A stretch of DNA of 32,000 nt, from NCBI GenBank assembly GCA_964510585.1, contig CAZECW010000187.1, positions 60,001-92,000 of the forward strand, written 5' to 3'. Below are positions 16,738 through 26,052 of the stretch, one piece after another. Source of the stretch: an uncultured archaeon. GTDB taxonomy: Archaea; Asgardarchaeota; Jordiarchaeia; Jordiarchaeales; Jordiarchaeaceae. Made by a program: the position numbers and the translations under genes. The notes under the pieces are model-generated. The model searched no databases and had not been told where the DNA came from. It saw only the letters and a program-made list of their open reading frames with translations. The first letter of the stretch is position 1. The number at the start of each line of letters is the position of its first letter.

Positions 16738-18048
16738 ATGTCAGAATGTTCCGAGGATATTCATAAGACACACTTCACCAGTGAGATAGGTCCAGACCTT
16801 GATGGAAAAATCGTGGTTTTAGCTGGATGGGTAGAAAGCATCCGAAAATTGGGTGGAATAAAATTCATCATTTTGAGGGATAAGGAGGGGCGTTCACAGA
16901 TCACCGTCCCCAAGAGCAACTCAAAGGTTTTCGATGAGGTAGACAAATTAGGCAAGGAATACGTTATCCTGGTGCGGGGAAAGGTGAGAAAGATCGAAAA
17001 GGCGCCCCAAGGAGCTGAGGTAATCCCCGAAGAAATAAAAATACTAAACACGTCAATCTCTCCTCTTCCATTAGACCCCTCAGGTAAGGTTGACGCGAAT
17101 CTTGATACCCAGCTAGACAATAGGGTGCTAGACCTTAGGCGTCCAGAAAAAACGGCTATTTTTATTATTCGCCACGAGGCAAGTAAGGCTATCAGAGAGT
17201 TCCTAATCAAGAGGGGCTTTATAGAAATTAACACCCCCAAAATCATTGCCTCCGCTTCTGAGGGTGGAGCCGACCTCTTCCCTATCTCATACTACGAGAA
17301 GGAGGCGTTCCTAAGCCAATCAGCTCAACTTTACAAAGAGCAGATGTCTAGTGTTTTTGAGAAGGTTTTCGAGATCGCCCCCTGTTACCGCGCCGAGTTA
17401 AGCCGCACAGTCAGACACCTAAGCGAAGTTTACACAGTTGATGTGGAAGTAGCCTTTAACAACTATTTAGACGTAATGGAACTCCTCGAAGAACTAATTT
17501 CCCACGTGTTTAAACATATAAAGAAAAAATGTTCTGAAGAATTAAAAACGCTAAATCGGGAATTGCCAGTTCTCAAAACTCCTTTTCCCCGCTACACCTA
17601 TACTGAAATTGTAGAAAAGCTACAGGCTGAGGGAATCGAAATGAACTGGGGAGAGGACATCTCTACACAGGCTTACCGCAAACTTGGAGAAATATTGAAG
17701 GGACTATACTTCATAGTGGATTGGCCCACTGCTGGAAAGCCCTTCTACATACTGCCCCGAAAAGACAACCCCGAAATATGTGAATCATTTGATCTCATGT
17801 ATGAGTGGCTGGAGCTGGCCTCTGGAGGAACAAGGATACACAAAAAAGACATGCTTATTGAGAGGCTAAAGGAGCAGAAACTGAATCCTGAATCGTTCGC
17901 ATTCCACCTAAAAACATACGATTGGGGAATGCCCCCACATGCAGGATGGGGATTGGGATTAGACCGACTAGTTATGGTTCTCACTGGAGCGGAGAATATA
18001 AGAGACTGCGTCTTATACCCCCGGGACCGAGACCGACTCACGCCCTAA
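16738..18048 (+). CDS. aspS: Archaeal aspartyl-tRNA synthetase, probably non-discriminating
   Basis: OB-fold GWV..IR.LGG.KF, LDNRVLDLR, EGGADLF, QSAQLYKE, motif 2 YRAE and motif 3 GWGLGLDRL; L1 loop KAPQG contains Pro. Confidence 0.95.
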   Translation: MSECSEDIHKTHFTSEIGPDLDGKIVVLAGWVESIRKLGGIKFIILRDKEGRSQITVPKSNSKVFDEVDKLGKEYVILVRGKVRKIEKAPQGAEVIPEEIKILNTSISPLPLDPSGKVDANLDTQLDNRVLDLRRPEKTAIFIIRHEASKAIREFLIKRGFIEINTPKIIASASEGGADLFPISYYEKEAFLSQSAQLYKEQMSSVFEKVFEIAPCYRAELSRTVRHLSEVYTVDVEVAFNNYLDVMELLEELISHVFKHIKKKCSEELKTLNRELPVLKTPFPRYTYTEIVEKLQAEGIEMNWGEDISTQAYRKLGEILKGLYFIVDWPTAGKPFYILPRKDNPEICESFDLMYEWLELASGGTRIHKKDMLIERLKEQKLNPESFAFHLKTYDWGMPPHAGWGLGLDRLVMVLTGAENIRDCVLYPRDRDRLTP

Positions 18049-18128
18049 AAAAGAGGTAACTACAGAAAAATTACAAGACCTTTAGCGAGATAAGCCCCCA
18101 CTCATAGTGGCGGAAGGGGGCAAAAAGG

Positions 18129-18635
18129 CTACTCAAAAACTATTCTAATTTTTTCCTTGGTTAAATTATAAACAATGTTCTCTAAAGTAGGTACGTCTGT
18201 GGGGAGTCTTCTACTATCTGATTTCTTGATTCTCACCTTTTTCTCCAGCGTGCCGTCTGGAAGCCAAATTGTGTTCACGCCCAAAACTGGGATTGGAGAT
18301 AGAATGTCCTCTATGGTCTTTTTTGTGGAGGAAGTTGCCTCTATAACTCTAACTTTTTTCTTTAATTCATCACTTAAAACTTTAACAATTTTGCCTTTTG
18401 GACCTATAAAGTGTGATATGTCGCCTGGACCAACGACTATTATGATTAAATTGTTGGTTTCAATGGAGCCTCTGAACTCCGCTTCTTTGAGGTTGGGAAA
18501 CTTACTTTCAAGTTCTAGGAGACTCTTAGCTACCTTTAAATCTAGGGGCGTCACTTCCCCTCGTTCTATCTTTTCCCTACATGTGGAACAGTAAACTCCA
18601 CTTTTAAGACAAAAAGAACATACGGGAACCTTCAA
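18129..18635 (-). CDS. Archaeal NusA-like KH-domain protein with N-terminal Zn finger
   Basis: CSFC...CSTC finger, FIGPKGKIVK KH GxxG loop, VLGVNTIWLPDG. Confidence 0.8.
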   Translation of the reverse strand: MKVPVCSFCLKSGVYCSTCREKIERGEVTPLDLKVAKSLLELESKFPNLKEAEFRGSIETNNLIIIVVGPGDISHFIGPKGKIVKVLSDELKKKVRVIEATSSTKKTIEDILSPIPVLGVNTIWLPDGTLEKKVRIKKSDSRRLPTDVPTLENIVYNLTKEKIRIVFE

Positions 18636-18875
18636 TTCTCAAGTCTCCGAATACGAGTAATCATGAGGCTGTAAGTACCGGTTAAGGCAGTTTTCCGCCG
18701 ATAATAAACAGCAATTTTAGTGTAGTTTTTATAGGAAGAGAGATTGCTTAAAAAACTTTTGTTAAATTAGACTTGTTGAGGCGCTCTGTCCAGAGAGGTG
18801 CAGTGTGCTTTTGGTGAAAAAGAAAATGTATTAATTAAAGAAAAAATTTGATAAAAAACCAAAAAAGCCGTCCAC

Positions 18876-19151
18876 TTAGTCTTTTCCCAGTGTGATCTCA
18901 ATAGTTGAAACATTAATCGTTGAACCGTTCTCTGCCGTGATGGGCTCAGTTCCAATTTTTATGTCCTTAGGTTTAGCCTCTGAAACGAATCTGTTTCTCA
19001 CTATCTCCGCCACGTCTACAGCTCTGCTTATGGAGCGGCCACGTGCCTTCAAAGTCACTTCCTTTTTTCCGTTATGGAAAAGAGTTATGCATGCTAAAAC
19101 ATAATTCATCACGGGTTTGGATCCTATGTAGATAGAGTTTTCTTCTGACAT
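18876..19151 (-). CDS. albA: DNA/RNA-binding protein Alba
   Basis: [30 protein letters not shown] and VSTIEITL motifs. Confidence 0.97.
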   Translation of the reverse strand: MSEENSIYIGSKPVMNYVLACITLFHNGKKEVTLKARGRSISRAVDVAEIVRNRFVSEAKPKDIKIGTEPITAENGSTINVSTIEITLGKD

Positions 19152-19455
19152 GTTTGTTACCTCTTCCGCGCTTTTGGATTAGTTGCATAACTACTAAACG
19201 CCGTATCTACCTAGAAATAATAAAGTTTTTGGTGACACAAAAAGTCTAATTATTAAGCAAAAAACTAAGAACCGTTTTTAAAGAGGAATACCCATAAAGA
19301 ATAACTACTTTTTAAAAATATGATGATTTTCGTTTTCATAACTCGGGCTTCTGCAACAAACATATAGTTGAATTTTTATATCTTTAAAAAAAATATAAAA
19401 TTAAAGATTTAAACATAGTATATTAAATCCTTCCAATCTCTAAAAATTCTGGGTA

Positions 19456-21510
19456 ATGGTTAATATGATTAAGGCGTTCCACATTCTTCTGAAGTCCGGT
19501 GAGCCCCTTTTCCACAGGGTTTATGGTAAGGAGCAGGTTGATGAATCGCTTTTTTCGGGGTTTCTAGGCGCTGTTTACAACTTTGCTCAGGAACTGGGCC
19601 ATGGAGATATTAAGACTGTGGAGGTTGGTGATGCAAGGTTCGTATGCGAAGTTTCTGAGAACTTGATTTTCGTGGCTGTTGTTGGAAAAGACGACGATGA
19701 ACAAGAACTAAAAAATTTTCTAGGCTTTGCTTCTAGAGCCTTTGTTAACCGCTTCAGAGAGGAACTTAAAACATGGCGTGGAAATGTGTCTATCTTTAGG
19801 GAATTCACCCAAGAGTTAGATCACTTAGTGGAAGATTATCAAACGAAGCGCCTCCCCGGTAAGGTTAAACTGGTGCCTTTTCTAAGAGATTCTTCTGGGG
19901 GATCAAGTTACCCCTTTGATGTGGAAATAGCCTCTGTTTTCTGTTTACTGGAAGATATAAGAGATCGTGGAGGGGGCTTTCTCTGGAAAAAGCCAGAGGA
20001 GGCGTTGAGGGGTATTGTAAGAGTTTTATGGCCTTTTTGGATAGTGCCTTTTGAGGATGGAGACCGGGGAGTTATAGTGGATGCTATGAGTATGGCGCCC
20101 CTCCAAATACGAACCAAGCGTTACTCGGCTTTAGATAAAGCTGATAATTTTCTCAAAATAAATAGTGTAGATGTGTTTGTAAATTCTCTTGAGGATCTAA
20201 TATTGGATTTAGAAAGTGAGAAATCGGAGGAATTTCCACTATATGGATTTTTAGTTCCAGAGTTAGTTAAAGATTTGGAGATCAGCTTTTCTCAAGCCAG
20301 AGTGGGTGAGACTAAGGATTATGTTGTAGTCCGCCCCCTTGTAACTCGCACCCAGACGGTTGAGAATAAAACTGTTTTTATGAAGTTAATTCAAGATTTG
20401 GAAACAAGTTCTCAAAGACTAATGGAAAAGGAAAATTTCTTAACATTAATAACTGAGAAGTGGCTTAAGGTAATAAATGAAAAGATGGTGGAGACCCGGG
20501 AAAGTTATAGAGTCAAAATAGAGGAAACAGTTAAGGATGTCGAGAAGCAGATTGGAATACTCTTACAGCTCAGAGAGGAGGAACTGAAAAAACTTGATGC
20601 TTGGTTTGCTGAAGCAGATAAGAATCTTATACTGGAAATAAAAGAATTGTTTGGTCCACTGATTGAGGTTTTAGAAGATGTGGCGCTGAAATCCACCGAG
20701 GAGATAGGAAAGTCAATCGATGAAAAAATTAGTGTGTTGGAAGTTATAGAGGGGAGAATTCAAAAATTAGCCAACGTTTCGGAGTATATGAATAAGACCA
20801 AGAAATTGGTGGAGAACATTTCTAAGAGTATAAAGAAAATTGATTCAACTATTGAGAAAATAAACAAGAAAATAGAAGTTGACAAAAATTCCATTCTGAA
20901 AGACTTTGACAGAAAAATCATGGAACAAAACAGTCGAGTAGACTCGCTAAAAGAAGAAGCAAAAGATGTCCTCAGCAAACAACAGTTTTTAATGGATAGA
21001 ATTACATCTAAACTCCAAGAATTAAGGCAGCTGATTCAACGTGAACGCAAAGAAGTCGACCGGCTTTTAAAATTGTTAACTTCATTGATAATTAAATTGC
21101 CGGACAAAATATTTTCTCCATCTCTATTTTATATCCCCCTATATATTGGAAAATTCGAAGATACGAAGCAAGAAAGATTTTTTGTGGTACCCCCATTAGT
21201 TCTGCTAAAATCGAATGAAACTATTAGTTGTGACTTTGGACAGAAAACACTTCCCCTGGATCTACCTAACCCTGCGTTTCTAGAAGCTGTAAAACGAAAG
21301 GCTGAAACACTAATTAATGATAGTAAGGAGCTAAAATTAGAAATTCTAAAGGGGTTTAAAAAATCAAATCTAATAAATTCGCAACAAATAGAGACAAGCG
21401 TTTACGAGGGCTTAAACAATCTATTACGCCTCAATATTCTTACTGAGAAGGACTTTCAAATTTTGAAAGCTAGAGCCAAGGAGGTTTTTAGGACGGAGGA
21501 GAGAGTTTGA
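19456..21510 (+). CDS. Longin-domain protein with uncharacterised central domain and long coiled coil
   Basis: N-terminal pattern consistent with the longin fold (AFHILLKSGEPLFHR; DESLFSGFLGAVYNFAQEL; LIFVAVV; FREFTQELDHLV), then GGGFLWKKPEE...LWPFWIVP, heptad-rich aa ~310-530 and a C-terminal LFYIPLYIG domain. Confidence 0.7.
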   Translation: MVNMIKAFHILLKSGEPLFHRVYGKEQVDESLFSGFLGAVYNFAQELGHGDIKTVEVGDARFVCEVSENLIFVAVVGKDDDEQELKNFLGFASRAFVNRFREELKTWRGNVSIFREFTQELDHLVEDYQTKRLPGKVKLVPFLRDSSGGSSYPFDVEIASVFCLLEDIRDRGGGFLWKKPEEALRGIVRVLWPFWIVPFEDGDRGVIVDAMSMAPLQIRTKRYSALDKADNFLKINSVDVFVNSLEDLILDLESEKSEEFPLYGFLVPELVKDLEISFSQARVGETKDYVVVRPLVTRTQTVENKTVFMKLIQDLETSSQRLMEKENFLTLITEKWLKVINEKMVETRESYRVKIEETVKDVEKQIGILLQLREEELKKLDAWFAEADKNLILEIKELFGPLIEVLEDVALKSTEEIGKSIDEKISVLEVIEGRIQKLANVSEYMNKTKKLVENISKSIKKIDSTIEKINKKIEVDKNSILKDFDRKIMEQNSRVDSLKEEAKDVLSKQQFLMDRITSKLQELRQLIQRERKEVDRLLKLLTSLIIKLPDKIFSPSLFYIPLYIGKFEDTKQERFFVVPPLVLLKSNETISCDFGQKTLPLDLPNPAFLEAVKRKAETLINDSKELKLEILKGFKKSNLINSQQIETSVYEGLNNLLRLNILTEKDFQILKARAKEVFRTEERV

Positions 21511-21520
21511 AAAATAAAAT

Positions 21521-22633
21521 TCAACCAATCAGTTCATATACTGTTGTTCTCTGAACTGGGATCCGTCCACAGTCTTTGATGAGGGCTATTATAGTTTCGG
21601 GGGGAAGATACTCTCCACTAGGAGAGCCCGCAATTTTTGAAATATTTTCCTCGATTAATGTTCCCCCGAAATCATTCGCGCCCGCGTTTAAGCAGAACTG
21701 AGCAAATTTTGTGCCAAGCTTAACCCAGCTCACCTGGATGTTATTTATCAACCCGTCGAACATTAGGCGGGAAATAGCATAAACTTTCACATCTTCCATG
21801 CCCGTGGCGCCTGGCCGGGAGGAAAAATTCTTGTAGAGCTCTGTTTGTTGGTGAATGAAGCTGAGTGGAACAAACTCTGTGAATCCCCTAGTTCTCTTCT
21901 GTATATTCCTTAAAATATCCATATGGACTGCCTTGTCCCTACTGCTTTCTATATGCCCATACATCATAGTGCTTGAGGTCAATATTCCTAACCTATGGGC
22001 TTCCTCAATAATCTTAATCCATTCCTTTACTGATATTTTCGTGGGGCAAATCACTTCCCTAACTTTATCCACTAATATTTCTGCTGCTGTTCCGGGCATG
22101 GAGTTTAATCCTGCTTCCTTTAGAATCTTTAAGACTTCGCGTGTGCTTAAACCTTCCTTTCTTGCAGCGTGGTATATCTCCATTGGGCTGAAGGCGTGAA
22201 TGTGTATGTCTGAGCTAACCCTTCTCACTGCTTTTATTATTTCTATGTATAAGTCAAGGGTAGCTTCTGGGTGCAGTCCACCTTGAATGCAAACTTCGGT
22301 GGCTCTCATATTTATTGCTTCGCGGGTTTTGTTTTCAATCTCTTTTGTTGATAAAAGAAATTGTTTCGGAGAGTCTTTGTCTTCCCTAAATGCGCAAAAA
22401 CGGCATCTATTGATGCACACATTTGTAAAGTTAATGTTTCGATTTATGACGTAAGTTACAATGTCACCCACAGCTCTTCTCCTAATCTGATCTGCAACAA
22501 GGATTAGGGCTAGAAACTCTTGGCCAGTGCAATTGAACAGGAGTTCTGCTTCGTCTACTGAAGGGGGATGTCCATCTATGGCTTTTTGAAGTATGTGGGA
22601 AACTTCTCCATTTATGTTATCTAGCAAATTCAA
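21521..22633 (-). CDS. cofH: FO synthase subunit CofH (radical SAM)
   Basis: VTYVINRNINFTNVCINRCRFC, EVCIQGGLHP, HIHAFSP.E, SMPGTAAEIL, NIQVSWVKLG and ANDFGGTL.EE motifs; TTGA overlap with cofG. Confidence 0.93.
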   Translation of the reverse strand: MNLLDNINGEVSHILQKAIDGHPPSVDEAELLFNCTGQEFLALILVADQIRRRAVGDIVTYVINRNINFTNVCINRCRFCAFREDKDSPKQFLLSTKEIENKTREAINMRATEVCIQGGLHPEATLDLYIEIIKAVRRVSSDIHIHAFSPMEIYHAARKEGLSTREVLKILKEAGLNSMPGTAAEILVDKVREVICPTKISVKEWIKIIEEAHRLGILTSSTMMYGHIESSRDKAVHMDILRNIQKRTRGFTEFVPLSFIHQQTELYKNFSSRPGATGMEDVKVYAISRLMFDGLINNIQVSWVKLGTKFAQFCLNAGANDFGGTLIEENISKIAGSPSGEYLPPETIIALIKDCGRIPVQRTTVYELIG

Positions 22634-23766
22634 TTTTTACACTTCCTGTAACCTTTTTCGTCTGCCAATTTGTGGATGAGGGGGGCAACCTTACCAGAAA
22701 CATAGCCTTTTTGTATATATTTCGGATAAATTGGTAATCTTTCTACCAGTCTGAACTTATTTTCTCCAGTTATTTTTTCAAGCTTTTGCCTAGTTGGCCA
22801 AGGATTATTTGGATTAATTTCATCCGAGGTTACGGGTGAGATTCCTCCCCAGTCATTCATCCCCGATACAAGTAGCTCACGTTCGCGTCCAATGTTTAAA
22901 TTTGGGGGAATCTGAATACTCGTTTCGCCTTTAAAAACTAATCGGGTAATAGCTGCGGTTAGCATAATGTCGCTTAAACTTGGCGGCTGCGCCTTTTCCA
23001 TAGGTGTGCCTGGTATTGGAGTGAAATTCTGAATTATTATTTCCTGTATGTGGTCATATTTCTCATGGAGCTCTTTTAAGGCGAATATGCTTTCTATTCT
23101 CTCCTCAACTGTTTCTCCTATTCCTAGAAGGATGCCAGTTGTGAAGGGTACCTTTAACTCTCCCGCATATTTTATAGTTTTGATTCTTCTTTCAGGTAAT
23201 TTTCCAGGGCTGTGCTCATGTGGTTCCCCTACTCCGCATAGTCTCTCACTACAGTTTTCCAGCATAAGGCCCATACTGGCATTTACCTGTTTTAGCTTTT
23301 CAATCTCCCGTTTCTCCAGGATTCCCGGATTACTGTGAGGAAGCAATCCCACATCTAGTGCCAATAGACAAAGATCGTAGAGATAGTCCACCATTGAGGA
23401 GTATCCCCAATCCTCAAGTAAATCTCTAACTTCGGGATACTTTTCTTCGGGTTTCTCACCAAAGGTGAAGAGGGCTTCAGTGCACCCCGCCCTTTTTCCA
23501 CTAATTAAGAGATTTTTTACTTCTTCGGGGCTCAAAATCCTCGCAAGCGGATCCCCCAGCTCCTTTCGAAAACCACAATAACTGCAACGGTTTCTACAAA
23601 TATTTGTTAGGGGAATAAAAACGTTTAGAGAAAATGTTACAATGTCACCATAATACTTTTTCCTTATTCTATTAGCTGCATCACATACAGCCCGAAGATT
23701 TTTTTCACTTGATAAATTTAGTGCTTCCTCAAATGTTAAGTCCTCGAAATCAATATTCTTGAGCAC
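22630..23766 (-). CDS. cofG: FO synthase subunit CofG (radical SAM)
   Basis: VTFSLNVFIPLTNICRNRCSYC, EALFTFGEKPE, GLLPHSNPG, PFTTGILLGIGE, IQIPPNL and DWGGISPVT.D motifs. Confidence 0.94.
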   Translation of the reverse strand: MLKNIDFEDLTFEEALNLSSEKNLRAVCDAANRIRKKYYGDIVTFSLNVFIPLTNICRNRCSYCGFRKELGDPLARILSPEEVKNLLISGKRAGCTEALFTFGEKPEEKYPEVRDLLEDWGYSSMVDYLYDLCLLALDVGLLPHSNPGILEKREIEKLKQVNASMGLMLENCSERLCGVGEPHEHSPGKLPERRIKTIKYAGELKVPFTTGILLGIGETVEERIESIFALKELHEKYDHIQEIIIQNFTPIPGTPMEKAQPPSLSDIMLTAAITRLVFKGETSIQIPPNLNIGRERELLVSGMNDWGGISPVTSDEINPNNPWPTRQKLEKITGENKFRLVERLPIYPKYIQKGYVSGKVAPLIHKLADEKGYRKCKN

Positions 23767-23816
23767 GACCCAAGCCCTCTTTCCTTAAGTTGAATTGTAA
23801 ATATTGGTTGAATCTG

Positions 23817-24956
23817 CTATAGGGAGGGAGTATTTTTCTTTTTGGCAGATGGGAAGGAGCCCATTATTTTTACTTCTCCTGCGCTTTTGCTAATATTCAT
23901 TATTGCCTCCTTAACCTTGGGGTCTTTTCTGTGGCCTTCCAAATCCACAAAAAATATGTAGTCCCCTAGAACTCTTTTTGAGGGTCTAGACTCGATTCTT
24001 GTAAGGTTAATGTTTCTTTCTTTGAACTGCTCTAAAACTTCGCATAAAGCACCAGGTCTATCCTGCAATAGAAATATGGCTATGGAGGTTTTATCTTGGC
24101 CTGTTGGTTCAGTGTCTTCAGAGGCTATTACTGCGAACCGGGTTTCATTGGTTTGTTCATCCTGTATTCCCTCAGCGAGCACAGTCATTCCATAAAGTTT
24201 TGCGGCTGCTAGGCTACCGATGGCCGCTATGTTTGTGTCTTCTTCTTCTGCAACTATCTTAACCGCTTCTGCAGTGCTAAGAGTTTCATATAGATGTGCA
24301 TGTGGTAGCTTTTTGGCTAGAAATGTTCTACACTGGGCCAAAGCCTGTGGATGAGAGTAAACCTTAGTTATTTTGTCAAGGCTTATTTTTTCTTTTGAAA
24401 TTAAATTGTGTACCACGGGGAGGATGATTTCTCCACAGATCTTCGCCTCGCTTCGAGCTAAGAGATCTAGGGTTATCGTTACACTGCCTTCAACTGAATT
24501 TTCAATGGGAACGATTCCAATGTCTACATGTTTATTTTCCACCGCAGAGATTATACTTGCGATTGTTGACATAGGAATCAGTTCCGCTTCGGTTCCCGCT
24601 GCGTACTTTAGGGCGGCTTCCTCTGTGAAGGTTCCACGTGGGGATAGATAAGCAATTTTTTTGACTTCACCCCTCACCTCGCCTTCCGTTCTTCTTCCAT
24701 AGTCAATGATTTCAAGGAAAATCTTATTCACAAAACTGGGATCTAAGCCCATTTCGACTGCCCTTTTTTCACTATTGGCAATTACTTGTGTTTCTCTTTT
24801 CTGGTCTCTAATCTTCAGTTTCAAGCTTGACTTTACTTTGGCCAGCTCCCTGATCTTATCTCTTCTCTGTGCTAAAAGCTCCACTATCTGTGAATCGATT
24901 TCGTCTATTTTCTTTCTAATGGCTGCCAATTTATCTTCATAATTTTCTGATGTCAC
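23817..24956 (-). CDS. pheA: Bifunctional chorismate mutase/prephenate dehydratase with ACT domain
   Basis: AroQ N-terminus (IRKKIDEIDSQIVELLAQR...RDQKRE), VPIENSVEGSV, SHPQALAQC, NETRFAVI and INLTRIESRP motifs. Confidence 0.95.
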   Translation of the reverse strand: MTSENYEDKLAAIRKKIDEIDSQIVELLAQRRDKIRELAKVKSSLKLKIRDQKRETQVIANSEKRAVEMGLDPSFVNKIFLEIIDYGRRTEGEVRGEVKKIAYLSPRGTFTEEAALKYAAGTEAELIPMSTIASIISAVENKHVDIGIVPIENSVEGSVTITLDLLARSEAKICGEIILPVVHNLISKEKISLDKITKVYSHPQALAQCRTFLAKKLPHAHLYETLSTAEAVKIVAEEEDTNIAAIGSLAAAKLYGMTVLAEGIQDEQTNETRFAVIASEDTEPTGQDKTSIAIFLLQDRPGALCEVLEQFKERNINLTRIESRPSKRVLGDYIFFVDLEGHRKDPKVKEAIMNISKSAGEVKIMGSFPSAKKKNTPSL

Positions 24957-25125
24957 TTCTCACACCAATCTACGACTTAAGAATGCAGATTACTTTTTTA
25001 GATTTATAACTTTCTGTTAGGTAGCATTGGGACTTGCAAAACCAATATATTGTCCTTCGAGTCTCTTTTCAATATTAAGAAATTTAAGTCCTTTGACCTA
25101 TTTCCGGAATTTACGGTGCCTAAAA

Positions 25126-25908
25126 ATGTGTAAATTGTTAGCCTTATCTTGTAGTAGTGAAGAAGATAACAAAAGTATTTTAGAAGCCTTTGTTAAAAAA
25201 TTTGGGTCTACAAATCCAGATGGTTGGGGAATGGCCTATCTGGACGAATCAACTGGACTATACTGTATCAAAAAGGTTTACCATAGGGACCGAAGACGGT
25301 TGGAGGAGACTTTCTTCCGTGATTTAGGAGAGGTAAAAACTAGGTCGTTAATCGCTCATTTACGAAAGGCATCGATCGGTCGGAAGAGTCAAGAGAACTG
25401 TCATCCCTTCGAAGGATACATAGATAACCACCAATTTATCTTTGCACATAATGGTACTGTGTGGCCCAGAAAAGTTCTTGAATCTAAACTAGTTAACCAT
25501 AAACCAAAATCTGATGATCCCACGGATTCAGAACTGGTTTTCTGCTACATTATGGAAGTTTTAGAAGAAAGAGGCGTCAATCTGAACTCGTGGCGGGATA
25601 TGGTTGAAACTATAAATAGTGTAGTTTTAAGCATCCGCTCAGAGGCCCTCATTACTAAATTAAATTTTATACTCGCCGATAAAAGTTACATATACTGCTA
25701 CAACTGGGGTGAACTCCAATATTCACTAATGGAGGAAAGCACCAATTGCAAACTTCCCAACGAAACATTCTCCCCCTGTAATGGAAAATTTTTAGTGTGC
25801 AGTAGACCTCTACTAGAAAACTCTTCTTGGAACTCCGTACCTCCAAAAACCATTTTGGTTCTGCGAGAGGGAAAAATACAATTCTCAAGCAAAAATACTA
25901 GATTCTAG
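25126..25908 (+). CDS. Class II glutamine amidotransferase (YafJ/EgtC-like Ntn hydrolase)
   Basis: Met-Cys start at 25126, NPDGWG, AHLRKAS, NCHPF, FAHNG and DSE motifs. Confidence 0.88.
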   Translation: MCKLLALSCSSEEDNKSILEAFVKKFGSTNPDGWGMAYLDESTGLYCIKKVYHRDRRRLEETFFRDLGEVKTRSLIAHLRKASIGRKSQENCHPFEGYIDNHQFIFAHNGTVWPRKVLESKLVNHKPKSDDPTDSELVFCYIMEVLEERGVNLNSWRDMVETINSVVLSIRSEALITKLNFILADKSYIYCYNWGELQYSLMEESTNCKLPNETFSPCNGKFLVCSRPLLENSSWNSVPPKTILVLREGKIQFSSKNTRF

Positions 25909-26052
25909 GTAGCTAATTTTTAAATTAAACCCAAATATATATAATTATAAGATGTACTCCTAACAATTAATTTAGATTTAATGATAATTGGCTATTTAAA
26001 AAAATAGACCAATTTTCTATGAAGCATTATCCGTTTTTGGAGGGTAACCCAA

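Noticed and set aside
18092-18121. GC hairpin AAGCCCCCACTCATAGTGGCGGAAGGGGGC as an IS200/IS605 end remnant
   Set aside because: Only a vague resemblance; no tnpA/tnpB or second end nearby. More simply a terminator hairpin between convergent genes.
25027-25125. 33-aa N-terminal extension of the amidotransferase in the ORF track
   Set aside because: Ntn hydrolases need Cys at the mature N-terminus; ATG-TGT at 25126 is the real start.
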